Below are positions 17,061 through 25,500 of a DNA stretch of 64,000 nucleotides, one piece after another. The stretch's first letter is position 1; every line of letters begins with the position of its first letter. The position numbers and the translations under genes were made by a program. Source of the DNA: Candidatus Hydrogenedentota bacterium (lineage in GTDB: Bacteria; Hydrogenedentota; Hydrogenedentia; Hydrogenedentales; SLHB01); the NCBI GenBank assembly GCA_903925285.1, contig CAIYET010001005.1, forward strand, positions 9,703 to 73,702, read 5' to 3'. The notes under the pieces are model-generated. The model was not told where the DNA came from, did not search any database, and saw only the letters and a list, made by a program, of their open reading frames with translations.

Positions 17061-18185
17061 ATGAAAGCAGATGGAAGCGATCAGGCAGGAAAGGGGACGG
17101 CGGCCGAAACCGGGAAAGAACTGGTAAAGGCCCCGCTGAACCTCTACAAGATGCTCGAAAACCCGAACGTGCAGAAGCGGTTCGAGAAGACCCTTGGGGA
17201 CAAGTACCCGGCCTTCCTGTCGTCGGTCTTGAGCGTGGTCAAGAAAAACCCGCTCCTCGAACGGTGCGATCCGGCCGGGGTGCTGGGGGCCGCCGCAACG
17301 GCCGCCGAACTCGACCTCGCGATAGAGCCCAGCCTTGGGCTTTCCGCGATCATTCCCTACCAAGACAGCCAGACAAGGGTGTACCACGCGCAGTTCCAGA
17401 TAATGACGAAGGGGATAACCCAACTCGCCCTCCGGTCCGCGCAGTACGAAACGATCTACGTCGGCCCGGTCTATTCCGATGAGTTCATGGGAATAGACAT
17501 CGTGACCGGCGAGCCCATCATCGAGCCCGTATCGGACGGCCTCCGCTCGAAGGACCTCGAAGGCCGCGCCGAAGAAGAAGACGGCGTGTGCGGCTGGATC
17601 GGATACTTCAAGCTCCTGTCCGGCTTCGTCCACAAGGAGTATTGGTCGGTCAAGAAGATTCTCGCCCACGGCCGCCGGTACTCCAAGAGCTTCAAGAAGG
17701 GCGGCGGGCTTTGGGCAACGAACCGCCCGGCCATGTTCAAGAAGACCGTCATGAAGAACATGCTGTCGCACAGCGGGGCCATGTCAACGCAACTTCTCAG
17801 CGCGATCCGCGCCGATCAGAGCGAAATCAAGGTGGCCAACTACGATAGCGAGACGGGCGATGTCGACAAGACCTTCACCTATGTGGACAACCCGGACTCG
17901 GGAACGAGAAGCGAGGGTTCGGATATGGAGGACGGCCCGGCCATGGAGGGACAGGAGGACTCCCGCCCGCTCCCCGACGAAGCCGTGACGACCGCGAAGG
18001 AAGCCGCCAAGCCGGAAGAAAAGCCCGCCAAGGCCTCCGCGAAGGGTTCGGCATCAAAGACTGCGGCCGAGCCCTCGTTGGAGCAGGGGCGGCCCGGGGC
18101 GGTGCCCGGACAGACCGTTCGAGCGGTCCCGGCATCCGCGTCCCAGCCGGCGGCGAACCCCGCCGATGACCTCGATATATTTTAA
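17061..18185 (+). CDS. recT: RecT-family single-strand annealing protein
   Basis: Internal ATG (MKADGSDQAG) in frame with track ORF 16791..18185. NPNVQKRFEKTLGDKYPAFLSSVLSVVKKNPLLERCDPAGVLGAAATAAELDL and LSAIIPY resemble RecT. Disordered acidic/Pro-rich C-terminal tail. Confidence 0.8.
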   Translation: MKADGSDQAGKGTAAETGKELVKAPLNLYKMLENPNVQKRFEKTLGDKYPAFLSSVLSVVKKNPLLERCDPAGVLGAAATAAELDLAIEPSLGLSAIIPYQDSQTRVYHAQFQIMTKGITQLALRSAQYETIYVGPVYSDEFMGIDIVTGEPIIEPVSDGLRSKDLEGRAEEEDGVCGWIGYFKLLSGFVHKEYWSVKKILAHGRRYSKSFKKGGGLWATNRPAMFKKTVMKNMLSHSGAMSTQLLSAIRADQSEIKVANYDSETGDVDKTFTYVDNPDSGTRSEGSDMEDGPAMEGQEDSRPLPDEAVTTAKEAAKPEEKPAKASAKGSASKTAAEPSLEQGRPGAVPGQTVRAVPASASQPAANPADDLDIF

Positions 18186-18188
18186 CCG

Positions 18189-18971
18189 ATGAAGGTAACA
18201 GGAACAGCCGCCGCCCGGTATCACCCTGACCGCCGGGCGGTGATTCTCTTCCTCAACGAAGAGGACAACCTTTTGGCCGAAAAGCTGTTTGTCCATAAAC
18301 AGCGTAAGGACGAAAAGGAAGGCGGGGACTCCTATATCACCTACGAGCTTGAGGTAGCGGCCCGAGAGCGCACCTACAAGCAGATAAACACCGTCTGGGC
18401 GCTTATCACGATCATCTTTATCTCAATGAACGGCCGGAAGCCGCACAAGGATGAAGCCTACGAGCTTTACCTTGACGTTCTGGCGCTCTATGCCAACAAG
18501 GTCCCCAACCGCTTCACGGGCGAGCTTCGCCCTGTCCACCTGTCAGAATCCGATATAGAGGACGCGGCAAGCCTGATAAGCCATTGCATGAACGTAATCG
18601 TCGAATACTGTGATCTTGCTCTTGACCTTCAGGCGGATGTGCGTAAGCTGTTCAATACATGGCAGGGATGGCGTGGTGAAATGGCGGTGGACCCGCTCGA
18701 TTACGATGCTGACGGAAACCCACTCACTTATGCGGAATGGCGCAAGAACCACCTTGTATCCGACGCCTCGGGCGCGGGCGGGTATCTTGAACGTTCCCAT
18801 ATCGTTTCCGGGGGGGCCGACAAGGCCGACTACGAAGAGCCGTGGAACTGGCTGATGCTCACCGCCTTGGAGCATCGAGACTGGCACAATATCGGGTGGC
18901 AAGCGTGGAGCGACAAGTATCCCCACCTGAAATCAAGAATACTTCGAGCAAGACAACTGGCAGGAGCATAA
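18189..18971 (+). CDS. hypothetical protein with a C-terminal HNH-like motif
   Basis: ERSHIVSGGADKADYEEPWNWLMLTALEHRDWH has an H...N...H spacing. The rest of the protein is not recognised. Weak call. Confidence 0.35.
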   Translation: MKVTGTAAARYHPDRRAVILFLNEEDNLLAEKLFVHKQRKDEKEGGDSYITYELEVAARERTYKQINTVWALITIIFISMNGRKPHKDEAYELYLDVLALYANKVPNRFTGELRPVHLSESDIEDAASLISHCMNVIVEYCDLALDLQADVRKLFNTWQGWRGEMAVDPLDYDADGNPLTYAEWRKNHLVSDASGAGGYLERSHIVSGGADKADYEEPWNWLMLTALEHRDWHNIGWQAWSDKYPHLKSRILRARQLAGA

Positions 18972-18980
18972 GGAGGTTCT

Positions 18981-19562
18981 ATGTTCACAAAGGAAATGAC
19001 GGGGGCGCAAGTATTGAAGATGGCAAGGGACGCCCGGGCGAAGGCCGGCCCCGGGGTGAACGAGTCCATAGCCGGGACACCGCGCGTCCCCTTCAAGATG
19101 GGGAAGACCCAAGTGCGGCGCGACGGGGAGATAGCGAAGGAACTGATCTACTTCGCCGATGTCGTCCACGATCCCGAGCGGCTTCTAGGGGTGTTCTATA
19201 CCTACAGGAACCGCCTCTCCGACCAGCGGTATTGGGAATTTCTCAAGCTGGCGTGGATCATGGCCGGAACCATGGAAACCCTGCCCATATTCCGCGAACT
19301 CTTCGCTTCCAAGCGCCCCTTCAAGAACTGGATCATGTCGCCGGAAGAAGAGGCCAAGCTGAAGGCCCTGCCGGACGAGTTCCTTGTCTGGCGCGCGCCC
19401 CGGAAGGGCGGGGACGCTGGGATATCATGGTCCGTCCGGCTGATCTTCGTCGCCGCCTATGCGGAAGCGAACGGCCGGGAAGTGATCGAGAAGTCCGTCA
19501 AGAAGTCTGAAGTGGTCGCATACTTCGACCGCGCCGGCGAGGAAGAAATAATCCTTCTATGA
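18981..19562 (+). CDS. hypothetical protein
   Basis: AAGGAGG RBS, 193 aa, no recognisable motif. Confidence 0.5.
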   Translation: MFTKEMTGAQVLKMARDARAKAGPGVNESIAGTPRVPFKMGKTQVRRDGEIAKELIYFADVVHDPERLLGVFYTYRNRLSDQRYWEFLKLAWIMAGTMETLPIFRELFASKRPFKNWIMSPEEEAKLKALPDEFLVWRAPRKGGDAGISWSVRLIFVAAYAEANGREVIEKSVKKSEVVAYFDRAGEEEIILL

Positions 19563-19780
19563 AGGTATTCCGAGTCGTAGCCAAGATCCCATTACTCGTC
19601 ACCTTCCGCGATGACACGCCGACGGACAAGTCCGCCGAATATGTCGTCAGGAACATGGCCCTGCGGTCCATCCTTAAGGAAGGGATATCAAAGATAGGGT
19701 GGTTCTCCGTGGAGGGTGATGATTCGGGGATCGTTATTGAGTCCATAGAACCAAGACTGGTCGAACCAAAGAAGTATTAG
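19559..19780 (+). CDS. hypothetical protein
   Basis: ATGA overlap with the upstream gene, 73 aa. Confidence 0.45.
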   Translation: MKVFRVVAKIPLLVTFRDDTPTDKSAEYVVRNMALRSILKEGISKIGWFSVEGDDSGIVIESIEPRLVEPKKY

Positions 19781-19794
19781 AACTCGGAGGAATT

Positions 19795-20634
19795 ATGTCT
19801 TCAGACGTGAAGTGGATCAAGCTTGCCGTGGATATGTTCGAGGATGAAAAGATAGACTTTATCAGTTCCCTGCCCGACGCCGACAGTATCCTTGTGGTAT
19901 GGGTAAGGATATTAACCATGGCCGGCAAGTGCAACGCCGGCGGATTCATCATGCTCACTGAAAACATTCCCTATACCGATGACATGCTCGCCCATAAGTT
20001 CCATAAGCCGATCAACCTAGTGCGCCTCGCCCTGCAAACGTTTGTGCGGCTGGGGATGATCGTGGAGGATGACGGAAAGATCGGGTTGGTGAATTGGGAG
20101 AAGCACCAGAACGCCGACGGACTTGAAAAGATACGCGAACAAACCAGAATCCGGGGGTCTAATTTCCGCGAAAGACAAAGAGTAAAGGCTGTATTGTCGG
20201 CCCCGCCAGCGCCTACTCCCGCTCCCGCCCTACCGGCTCCCGATCCAAGTAGTAACGTTACGCAAACGGTTGAAAATAACGTTAGTATAACGCAACCCTC
20301 TATATCTAGTTCTATATCTCCTTCTTCCTCTTCTCCTCCTCAAGAGAAAGTGAAGAAGACAAGAGAAGAAAGACATATATGCGGATCGCAAAAAAACGTT
20401 TTACTGAGCGATAGTCAACGCTCAAGGCTTGAAGAAGAGTTTGGGGTAGAGTTCATCGCTGGGCTGATAGAGTTCTATTCTTCCTACAAGGCTGAAAAGG
20501 ACTACAAGTCGAAGGATGACAACCTGTCAATTCGCCGATGGGTTGTGGATGCGTATAGGCGACGGTCGATCGAGGGGGGAGGGAAGCTGAGAATCCATTC
20601 CCAGAATACATGCCTTGATATGCAGGAGGGGTGA
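19795..20634 (+). CDS. phage replisome organizer (N-terminal rep_org domain, DnaD-like C-terminal part)
   Basis: VKWIKLAVDMFEDEKIDFISSLPDADSILVVWVRILTMAGKCNAGGFIML...LVNWEKHQN matches the phage_rep_org_N pattern. Low-complexity Pro/Ser linker. A loader gene follows. Confidence 0.75.
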   Translation: MSSDVKWIKLAVDMFEDEKIDFISSLPDADSILVVWVRILTMAGKCNAGGFIMLTENIPYTDDMLAHKFHKPINLVRLALQTFVRLGMIVEDDGKIGLVNWEKHQNADGLEKIREQTRIRGSNFRERQRVKAVLSAPPAPTPAPALPAPDPSSNVTQTVENNVSITQPSISSSISPSSSSPPQEKVKKTREERHICGSQKNVLLSDSQRSRLEEEFGVEFIAGLIEFYSSYKAEKDYKSKDDNLSIRRWVVDAYRRRSIEGGGKLRIHSQNTCLDMQEG

Positions 20635-20635
20635 T

Positions 20636-21385
20636 ATGGCGCTGGTAAGGTGCGAGAAGCATGGGATCGAATATGATAATGAGCGGAAACTTGCTGACGG
20701 TTTTGTGTTGGGGCACAATCGTTGCCCTGAATGTGATAAGGAGTGGGAAGAAACGCTAGAAAAAGACAGGTCCGAAGAGCAGGAAAGGATTGAAGCGGAT
20801 AGGCGAAAGTGGTTTCTTGAGAATTCAAACATCGAACCCGAATACCAGTCCGCGTCCTTCGAGAACTTTATCGCCGAATCGGAAGACCTCAAGAAGGCCG
20901 TGGAAACCGTCAAGAAGCTTCTCTCCGGCGAGATCCAGAAGATCGTAATGATCGGGGCGAACGGAACCGGGAAGACGCACTTGGCATGCGCGGCCCTGAA
21001 TCAGCTTCAGAAGGGCAAGATTATGTCGATGTATGAGATATCGGCAACCATTCGCGGGACCTATACGAACAACTCCACTGTCACGGAACTTCAGGTCGTG
21101 GACGGGCTCGCCCGGACGCAACTCTTGGTGATCGACGAAATGGGGCGGACGAAGGGCTCGGATTCGGAAATGAACTGGCTGTCCTATATCATCGACAAGC
21201 GGCATGTCCGGACCCTGCCGACGATCTTCATAAGCAACAAGCATACCCGGAAAATGTGCCCAAAGCATGGGTGCCCGGACTGCCTTGAGAACTTCATCGG
21301 GGAAGACATCATGAGCCGGATCAACGAGGGCGGAAGGATCGTGAAGATGGGCGGGGAAGACTTCCGGAAGAAAAAATCCCGGTAG
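20636..21385 (+). CDS. DnaC/IstB-like helicase-loader ATPase with an N-terminal zinc ribbon
   Basis: Internal ATG (MALVRCEKHG) 2 nt after the upstream stop. Zinc-ribbon-like Cys/His ligands (CEKH...CPEC). Walker A GANGTGKTHLA and Walker B LLVIDEMG. Confidence 0.75.
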   Translation: MALVRCEKHGIEYDNERKLADGFVLGHNRCPECDKEWEETLEKDRSEEQERIEADRRKWFLENSNIEPEYQSASFENFIAESEDLKKAVETVKKLLSGEIQKIVMIGANGTGKTHLACAALNQLQKGKIMSMYEISATIRGTYTNNSTVTELQVVDGLARTQLLVIDEMGRTKGSDSEMNWLSYIIDKRHVRTLPTIFISNKHTRKMCPKHGCPDCLENFIGEDIMSRINEGGRIVKMGGEDFRKKKSR

Positions 21386-21460
21386 GCATGGCTTTACCGG
21401 GTGGAAGTCTCGTGCTACACTTTGTTCCGAAGCAGTAATATAGGCCTTTCAGGGGAATAT

Positions 21461-21976
21461 ATGAAAATCAAGTTCAAGAAATTATACGAAGATTCAAAAA
21501 TGCCGATCTTTGCGAACAGCGACAAGCAGAACGCGGGCATGGACCTGTTCGCATATATATCCCTTAACCCATCGAGCAATTCCGTTCTTACGTTGGAACC
21601 CGGGCAATCTGTTAGAATCGGAACTGGCGTAGCGTGGGAGCCCGGGGTGGCGGAGTATACAAGAAAGATCGGCGATGACTGTATTGAGCGGATAACAATG
21701 GGTGGCTGGAAGCCCGCGCTCATCATAAAGGGCCGCTCTGGTCTTGCTTATGCAAACGGCATCGAGGTGTCAAACGCTGGCGTTATTGATGCCGGGTATA
21801 GGGGAGAGATAAACGTGCTGTTACGGAATAATAGCACCCGGTCTTATCTTGTTTTTCATGGAGAAAGGATCGCGCAGGGGGTTGTCGTCCTCTTGCCCGA
21901 TATCGAGATAGAAGAAGCCGCAGAGCTTTCTTCGACGGCGCGGGGCGATGGTGGCTTTGGGTCTACTGGCCGATAA
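21461..21976 (+). CDS. dut: dUTP diphosphatase
   Basis: Internal ATG (MKIKFKKLYEDSKMP). dUTPase motifs AGMDLFA, GRSGLA, GVIDAGYRGEI and GDGGFGSTG. It has an extra ~30-aa insert (EPGVAEYTRKIGDDCIERITMGGWKP). Lower GC than the flanks. Confidence 0.85.
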   Translation: MKIKFKKLYEDSKMPIFANSDKQNAGMDLFAYISLNPSSNSVLTLEPGQSVRIGTGVAWEPGVAEYTRKIGDDCIERITMGGWKPALIIKGRSGLAYANGIEVSNAGVIDAGYRGEINVLLRNNSTRSYLVFHGERIAQGVVVLLPDIEIEEAAELSSTARGDGGFGSTGR

Positions 21977-21978
21977 CC

Positions 21979-22509
21979 GTGGACCACGCCCTTGAACCGA
22001 GCGACAAGGACAATCCGGCCCCGGATTGGTTGACGGTAAGCATACGGTCGTCGTCATTGGCGGTATGGGAGGTTGGAGAGGATTATGATAAGTGCAAGCC
22101 CGACGACCTCCGCAAGGAATTCGACCTTCCGTGGTCTACGATCTGGGCTTGCATGCAACTCGCGGGGATCGTCAAGGCTCGATTCTATGATTTTTCGGAA
22201 GTCGAAGCGGCCGTGTCCAAGTACGGACCGCCCCCGGGTTCCGTCTTCTTCCATGACTTCATTGCCATCGCCGGGATCAGCGAAGAGTCCCTTAACATCG
22301 GGGTCCGCGAAGGGGCAATATCTCCATGCTATCGTATCGGGAAGGACACCTACTACTACGAAGAAGACTCCGATCGGCTGGTTGTCTGGCTCTACAGGCG
22401 CAGGGAACAAAGGATTCAGGCCCGGCGGGAGATTCGGATTGCCGCGTCGAAAAAAAGAAAGGAAAAACGCGCGGCGCGCTCTTCAACTCGGGGGAAAGTG
22501 TATGTATAA
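21979..22509 (+). CDS. putative HTH DNA-binding protein (excisionase/MerR-like HTH) with a basic tail
   Basis: GTG start. FHDFIAIAGISEESLNIGVREGAISPCYRIGKDTYYYEE resembles the HTH_17/excisionase-type motif. Arg/Lys-rich C terminus. Confidence 0.4.
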   Translation: MDHALEPSDKDNPAPDWLTVSIRSSSLAVWEVGEDYDKCKPDDLRKEFDLPWSTIWACMQLAGIVKARFYDFSEVEAAVSKYGPPPGSVFFHDFIAIAGISEESLNIGVREGAISPCYRIGKDTYYYEEDSDRLVVWLYRRREQRIQARREIRIAASKKRKEKRAARSSTRGKVYV

Positions 22510-22520
22510 TCGAGAGATAT

Positions 22521-22844
22521 ATGGCGAGTGAAGAAAACCCTGTCGTAAAGGCCGCGCTCGATCTGCTTCCGCTCTACGGGGTGGAGGTTTGGCGCAACCA
22601 GTCCCATCCGGTGCCCGGACGGCGGTTCACCGGCCGCAAGGGTGTCTCGGATGTTCTGGGGTTCACCCGGTCCGCGAAGTTCGTCGCCGTGGAACTGAAG
22701 AAGCCCGGCGGGAAGCTGTCCGAAGAGCAAGTAGAATTCCTGAAGCTGGTGAAGGCCGCCGGCGGGGTGGCCATCGCGGCGTACTCCATCGACGACTTCC
22801 AGAAGCAACTCGAATCATACCGCCTCGGGGGGATGCTGTGCTGA
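22521..22844 (+). CDS. VRR-NUC domain nuclease
   Basis: Internal ATG (MASEENPVVKAALDLL). GVSDVLGFTRSAKFVAVELKKPGGKLSEEQVEFL fits the D...ExK VRR-NUC core. Confidence 0.75.
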   Translation: MASEENPVVKAALDLLPLYGVEVWRNQSHPVPGRRFTGRKGVSDVLGFTRSAKFVAVELKKPGGKLSEEQVEFLKLVKAAGGVAIAAYSIDDFQKQLESYRLGGMLC

Positions 22845-23182
22845 ACAAGGACGGCGCGGGGATTTGTCGCTATCTCAGCATGCAAGCCGATACGGCCCTT
22901 ATCTATGTCTCCTATGGGTTCCCTGTACGCGAGGCCATCGCCCTGACGATACAGGAAGCCCTTGTAGACCAAGCCAAGCTCTGCGACCTCGCGGTAAAGG
23001 ACGCCCTGTCCGGAAACCCCGAAGCCCTGCGCGCATACCTTGAGAAAGCATCCGACCGGGTGCTGTTCTTAATGCCAGCCACGGGGGTAGACTTGGAGAT
23101 ACCGATGCCGCCTCAAGAACTTGTAAACAGGGTCCGGGCGGCCAAGCCGGGCACATGGCCCCAAGGAGTGAATCATGGTTGA
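22838..23182 (+). CDS. hypothetical protein (start uncertain)
   Basis: GTG at 22838 overlaps the VRR-NUC stop and is in frame with the 3' part of track ORF 22589..23182. An ATG (MQADTALIYV) lies further in. Confidence 0.3.
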   Translation: MLNKDGAGICRYLSMQADTALIYVSYGFPVREAIALTIQEALVDQAKLCDLAVKDALSGNPEALRAYLEKASDRVLFLMPATGVDLEIPMPPQELVNRVRAAKPGTWPQGVNHG

Positions 23183-23714
23183 AGTTCTGGACTATCTGGG
23201 CAAGCTGATGAAGGTTCGCGGCGACAAGGGCTCGGGGCTAGGGATCATATCCCATGGCCACCGCAAGGTTCACGACGGGAAGGTATGGGTCCACCCCTAC
23301 AACTTCTCAGGGCTCGGGGCGGCCGCTTCGGTCGATGTCATCGTCACCCCCGCGTCGGCGGACAAGAAGATTCACGTCGAGGTCTTGAGGTCCGCAAGCA
23401 ACGCCGGCGCGATCTATCTCTACAAGAACCCAACGGCCTCGGGCGGAACCGGCGTCGGGGGTAGCAACCTTGACCTATCCAATGCGGCCGCAAGCCCGGC
23501 CACGGTGGTCCATACCTCCACGATCGCGGCAGACGGTACGCTCATCGACGGCGTGTCCTTCTCCTCCGGGCAGGGCAACTCCGGCGGCGGGGCGGGCGAT
23601 GTTCCGATCGAATTCCTTCTCACGGGGACGAACAAGCTCTTGATCCGCTTCACCGCCGTAAACACGGGGACCTCGGGCTTCATCAAGATCGTCGTCACGG
23701 AAGAGGACTTCTGA
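23175..23714 (+). CDS. hypothetical protein, probably beta-rich
   Basis: AAGGAG RBS. 179 aa, Gly/Ser/Ala/Thr-rich with alternating hydrophobic pattern. No motif recognised. Confidence 0.5.
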   Translation: MVEVLDYLGKLMKVRGDKGSGLGIISHGHRKVHDGKVWVHPYNFSGLGAAASVDVIVTPASADKKIHVEVLRSASNAGAIYLYKNPTASGGTGVGGSNLDLSNAAASPATVVHTSTIAADGTLIDGVSFSSGQGNSGGGAGDVPIEFLLTGTNKLLIRFTAVNTGTSGFIKIVVTEEDF

Positions 23715-23717
23715 TCC

Positions 23718-23918
23718 ATGGGCATGCTCACCTACTGCCCGCATTGCAAGGGGCAGATAGAATTTGTCCCTGATATCCACGGCAGGACCGTCGTGGTGGA
23801 TGTCGATGTCAGGGACGCCGTTATTGACTACCCTTCGGGGTTCGTGAAGGTGATTAAGGCGCGGCTGATTCACAAGTGTGAACATACAGGAGAGCTAGGG
23901 CATGTCGTCACCGGATAA
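23718..23918 (+). CDS. small zinc-ribbon-like protein
   Basis: 66 aa. CPHC near the N terminus and a KCEH pair near the C terminus. Confidence 0.4.
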   Translation: MGMLTYCPHCKGQIEFVPDIHGRTVVVDVDVRDAVIDYPSGFVKVIKARLIHKCEHTGELGHVVTG

Positions 23919-24186
23919 GGAACGGGATATCACGAACGTGCAGGACTACATCGAACACCTCTCGGGCATCCGATTCAACGGAACCCTGCTTGTCGTGTTC
24001 GATCAGGGCTCCCCGAAATACGTCTCGCGCAAGGAAGAACTGTCACCCGAGCTTTTGGACCGCTTCCTTCATCGCCCCTTGATTGTCCGGACAAAGAAAC
24101 CCGGGGAGATTCCCGCAGTAGAGCCCGTTGAAAGCATCGAGAAAACAGACGAAAAAACAACCCCGGCGGACCCGGGCAAGTTTTGA
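23902..24186 (+). CDS. hypothetical protein
   Basis: Track ORF, 94 aa, overlaps the upstream gene by 17 nt. Confidence 0.4.
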   Translation: MSSPDKERDITNVQDYIEHLSGIRFNGTLLVVFDQGSPKYVSRKEELSPELLDRFLHRPLIVRTKKPGEIPAVEPVESIEKTDEKTTPADPGKF

Positions 24187-24995
24187 AGGATTCCAAAGTT
24201 ATGGCGAAAAAGGCCGTTGAAAAGCGGAAACCCCGAAAGAAGCCTGTAACTGTAGGCAAGAAGCCTGTTAGTGTTGACAATAACCCCGCTACGGCCGGAA
24301 AAATGTCTGCAAAAACAAAGAGAAGGACTGTTAAAACAAAGCCGGCAACGAAAGAAGTTGCTGTTATTCAGGACAAGAAGACCCACAAGCTCACCCCGGC
24401 GGCCATTCAAACCATTATCGACCTTACCGTAGGCGGGTACTCGATCGAAGCCATCATTGACTACATCAAGGAAAACTTCGGCATAACGGTCGCGGAAGGA
24501 GTTGTGTTCTATCATCGCCGAAAGAACTCTGGGAAGCTCCTGATTGAAGTAGAGGAAGAGATAGCGGCCGCCCGGGCTATGTGTCCCGATTCCATGTTCC
24601 TGTCTGGCAGGATGCGGACCATCGACGCCCTGACGAAGAAGGAAATGAAGCGCCGGCGGCCGTCCCTCATGGGCATGGCCTCAATACTAGGAGCCGCGAA
24701 TCAAGCCGTCCATCAGGCCGAAATGCTCAGGCTCCGGTACAAGGAATTCGACAAGCGATACCCGAAGGGGAAGGCCGACGACTTCGAGAGGATATCGAGG
24801 GAATTGGAGCGCCGCTCTCACTTCGCGAAGAACGTTACCGACAACATCGCCGAAATGGAGCGGATCGCCGGCGGCGACTTCGCGACCGAACCGGAAGCCA
24901 GCGGCGTGATACGGGCTGAAGTGGTGCAGGAGCCCGAGCCCAAGCAACTGCCGGCCCCCCAAGAGGAACCCGATGAAAACACCCTCACAAGGTAG
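24183..24995 (+). CDS. basic HTH protein, possible small terminase subunit
   Basis: TTG start overlaps the upstream stop (alternative ATG at 24201 after AAGGA). Lys-rich N terminus, then LTPAAIQTIIDLTVGGYSIEAIIDYIKENFGITVAEG (HTH-like). Lies two genes upstream of TerL. Function is positional inference. Confidence 0.35.
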   Translation: MKDSKVMAKKAVEKRKPRKKPVTVGKKPVSVDNNPATAGKMSAKTKRRTVKTKPATKEVAVIQDKKTHKLTPAAIQTIIDLTVGGYSIEAIIDYIKENFGITVAEGVVFYHRRKNSGKLLIEVEEEIAAARAMCPDSMFLSGRMRTIDALTKKEMKRRRPSLMGMASILGAANQAVHQAEMLRLRYKEFDKRYPKGKADDFERISRELERRSHFAKNVTDNIAEMERIAGGDFATEPEASGVIRAEVVQEPEPKQLPAPQEEPDENTLTR

Positions 24996-25005
24996 GATCA
25001 CAGGA

Positions 25006-25500
25006 ATGGGCTCGCATGAAAGCCATACTATGCTTACCGACGAATGGCTGACCCCTCCTGAGATAATCAAGGCCCTCGGGCCGTTCGACCTCGATCCATG
25101 CTCCCCGATCACTCGCCCGTGGGATACCGCGCTGAAGCACTATTCAATCTTGGATATGGGACTACTTCAACCTTGGGAAGGTCGCGTATGGATGAATCCG
25201 CCCTACGGGCAAGAAACCGGGCGTTGGATGGAGCGCCTAGCCGCTCACAGCAACGGCATCGCCCTTATCTTTGCACGTACCGAAACCGAAATGTTCCGCA
25301 GATTCGTATGGGAAAAAGCCGATGCAGTTTTCTTTTTCTATGGCCGCCTGTCTTTTTACCGCGTGGACGGAACTCAAGGGAAAACAAATTCCGGGGCACC
25401 TTCCTGTCTTGTCGCGTATGGCGAAGACAACATAAAGGCTATTGAAGCCTCGGGGCTCAAGGGCTACCTTGTGCGGCTCCAAAGGGCTCCCCATGAATAA
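25006..25500 (+). CDS. phage Dam-family DNA N6-adenine methyltransferase
   Basis: Internal ATG after AGGA. DEWLTPPEIIKALGPFDLDPCS, LQPWEGRVWMNPPYG (NPPY motif), ALIFARTETEMF and GRLSFY follow the layout of the phage N6A Dam family. Confidence 0.85.
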   Translation: MGSHESHTMLTDEWLTPPEIIKALGPFDLDPCSPITRPWDTALKHYSILDMGLLQPWEGRVWMNPPYGQETGRWMERLAAHSNGIALIFARTETEMFRRFVWEKADAVFFFYGRLSFYRVDGTQGKTNSGAPSCLVAYGEDNIKAIEASGLKGYLVRLQRAPHE

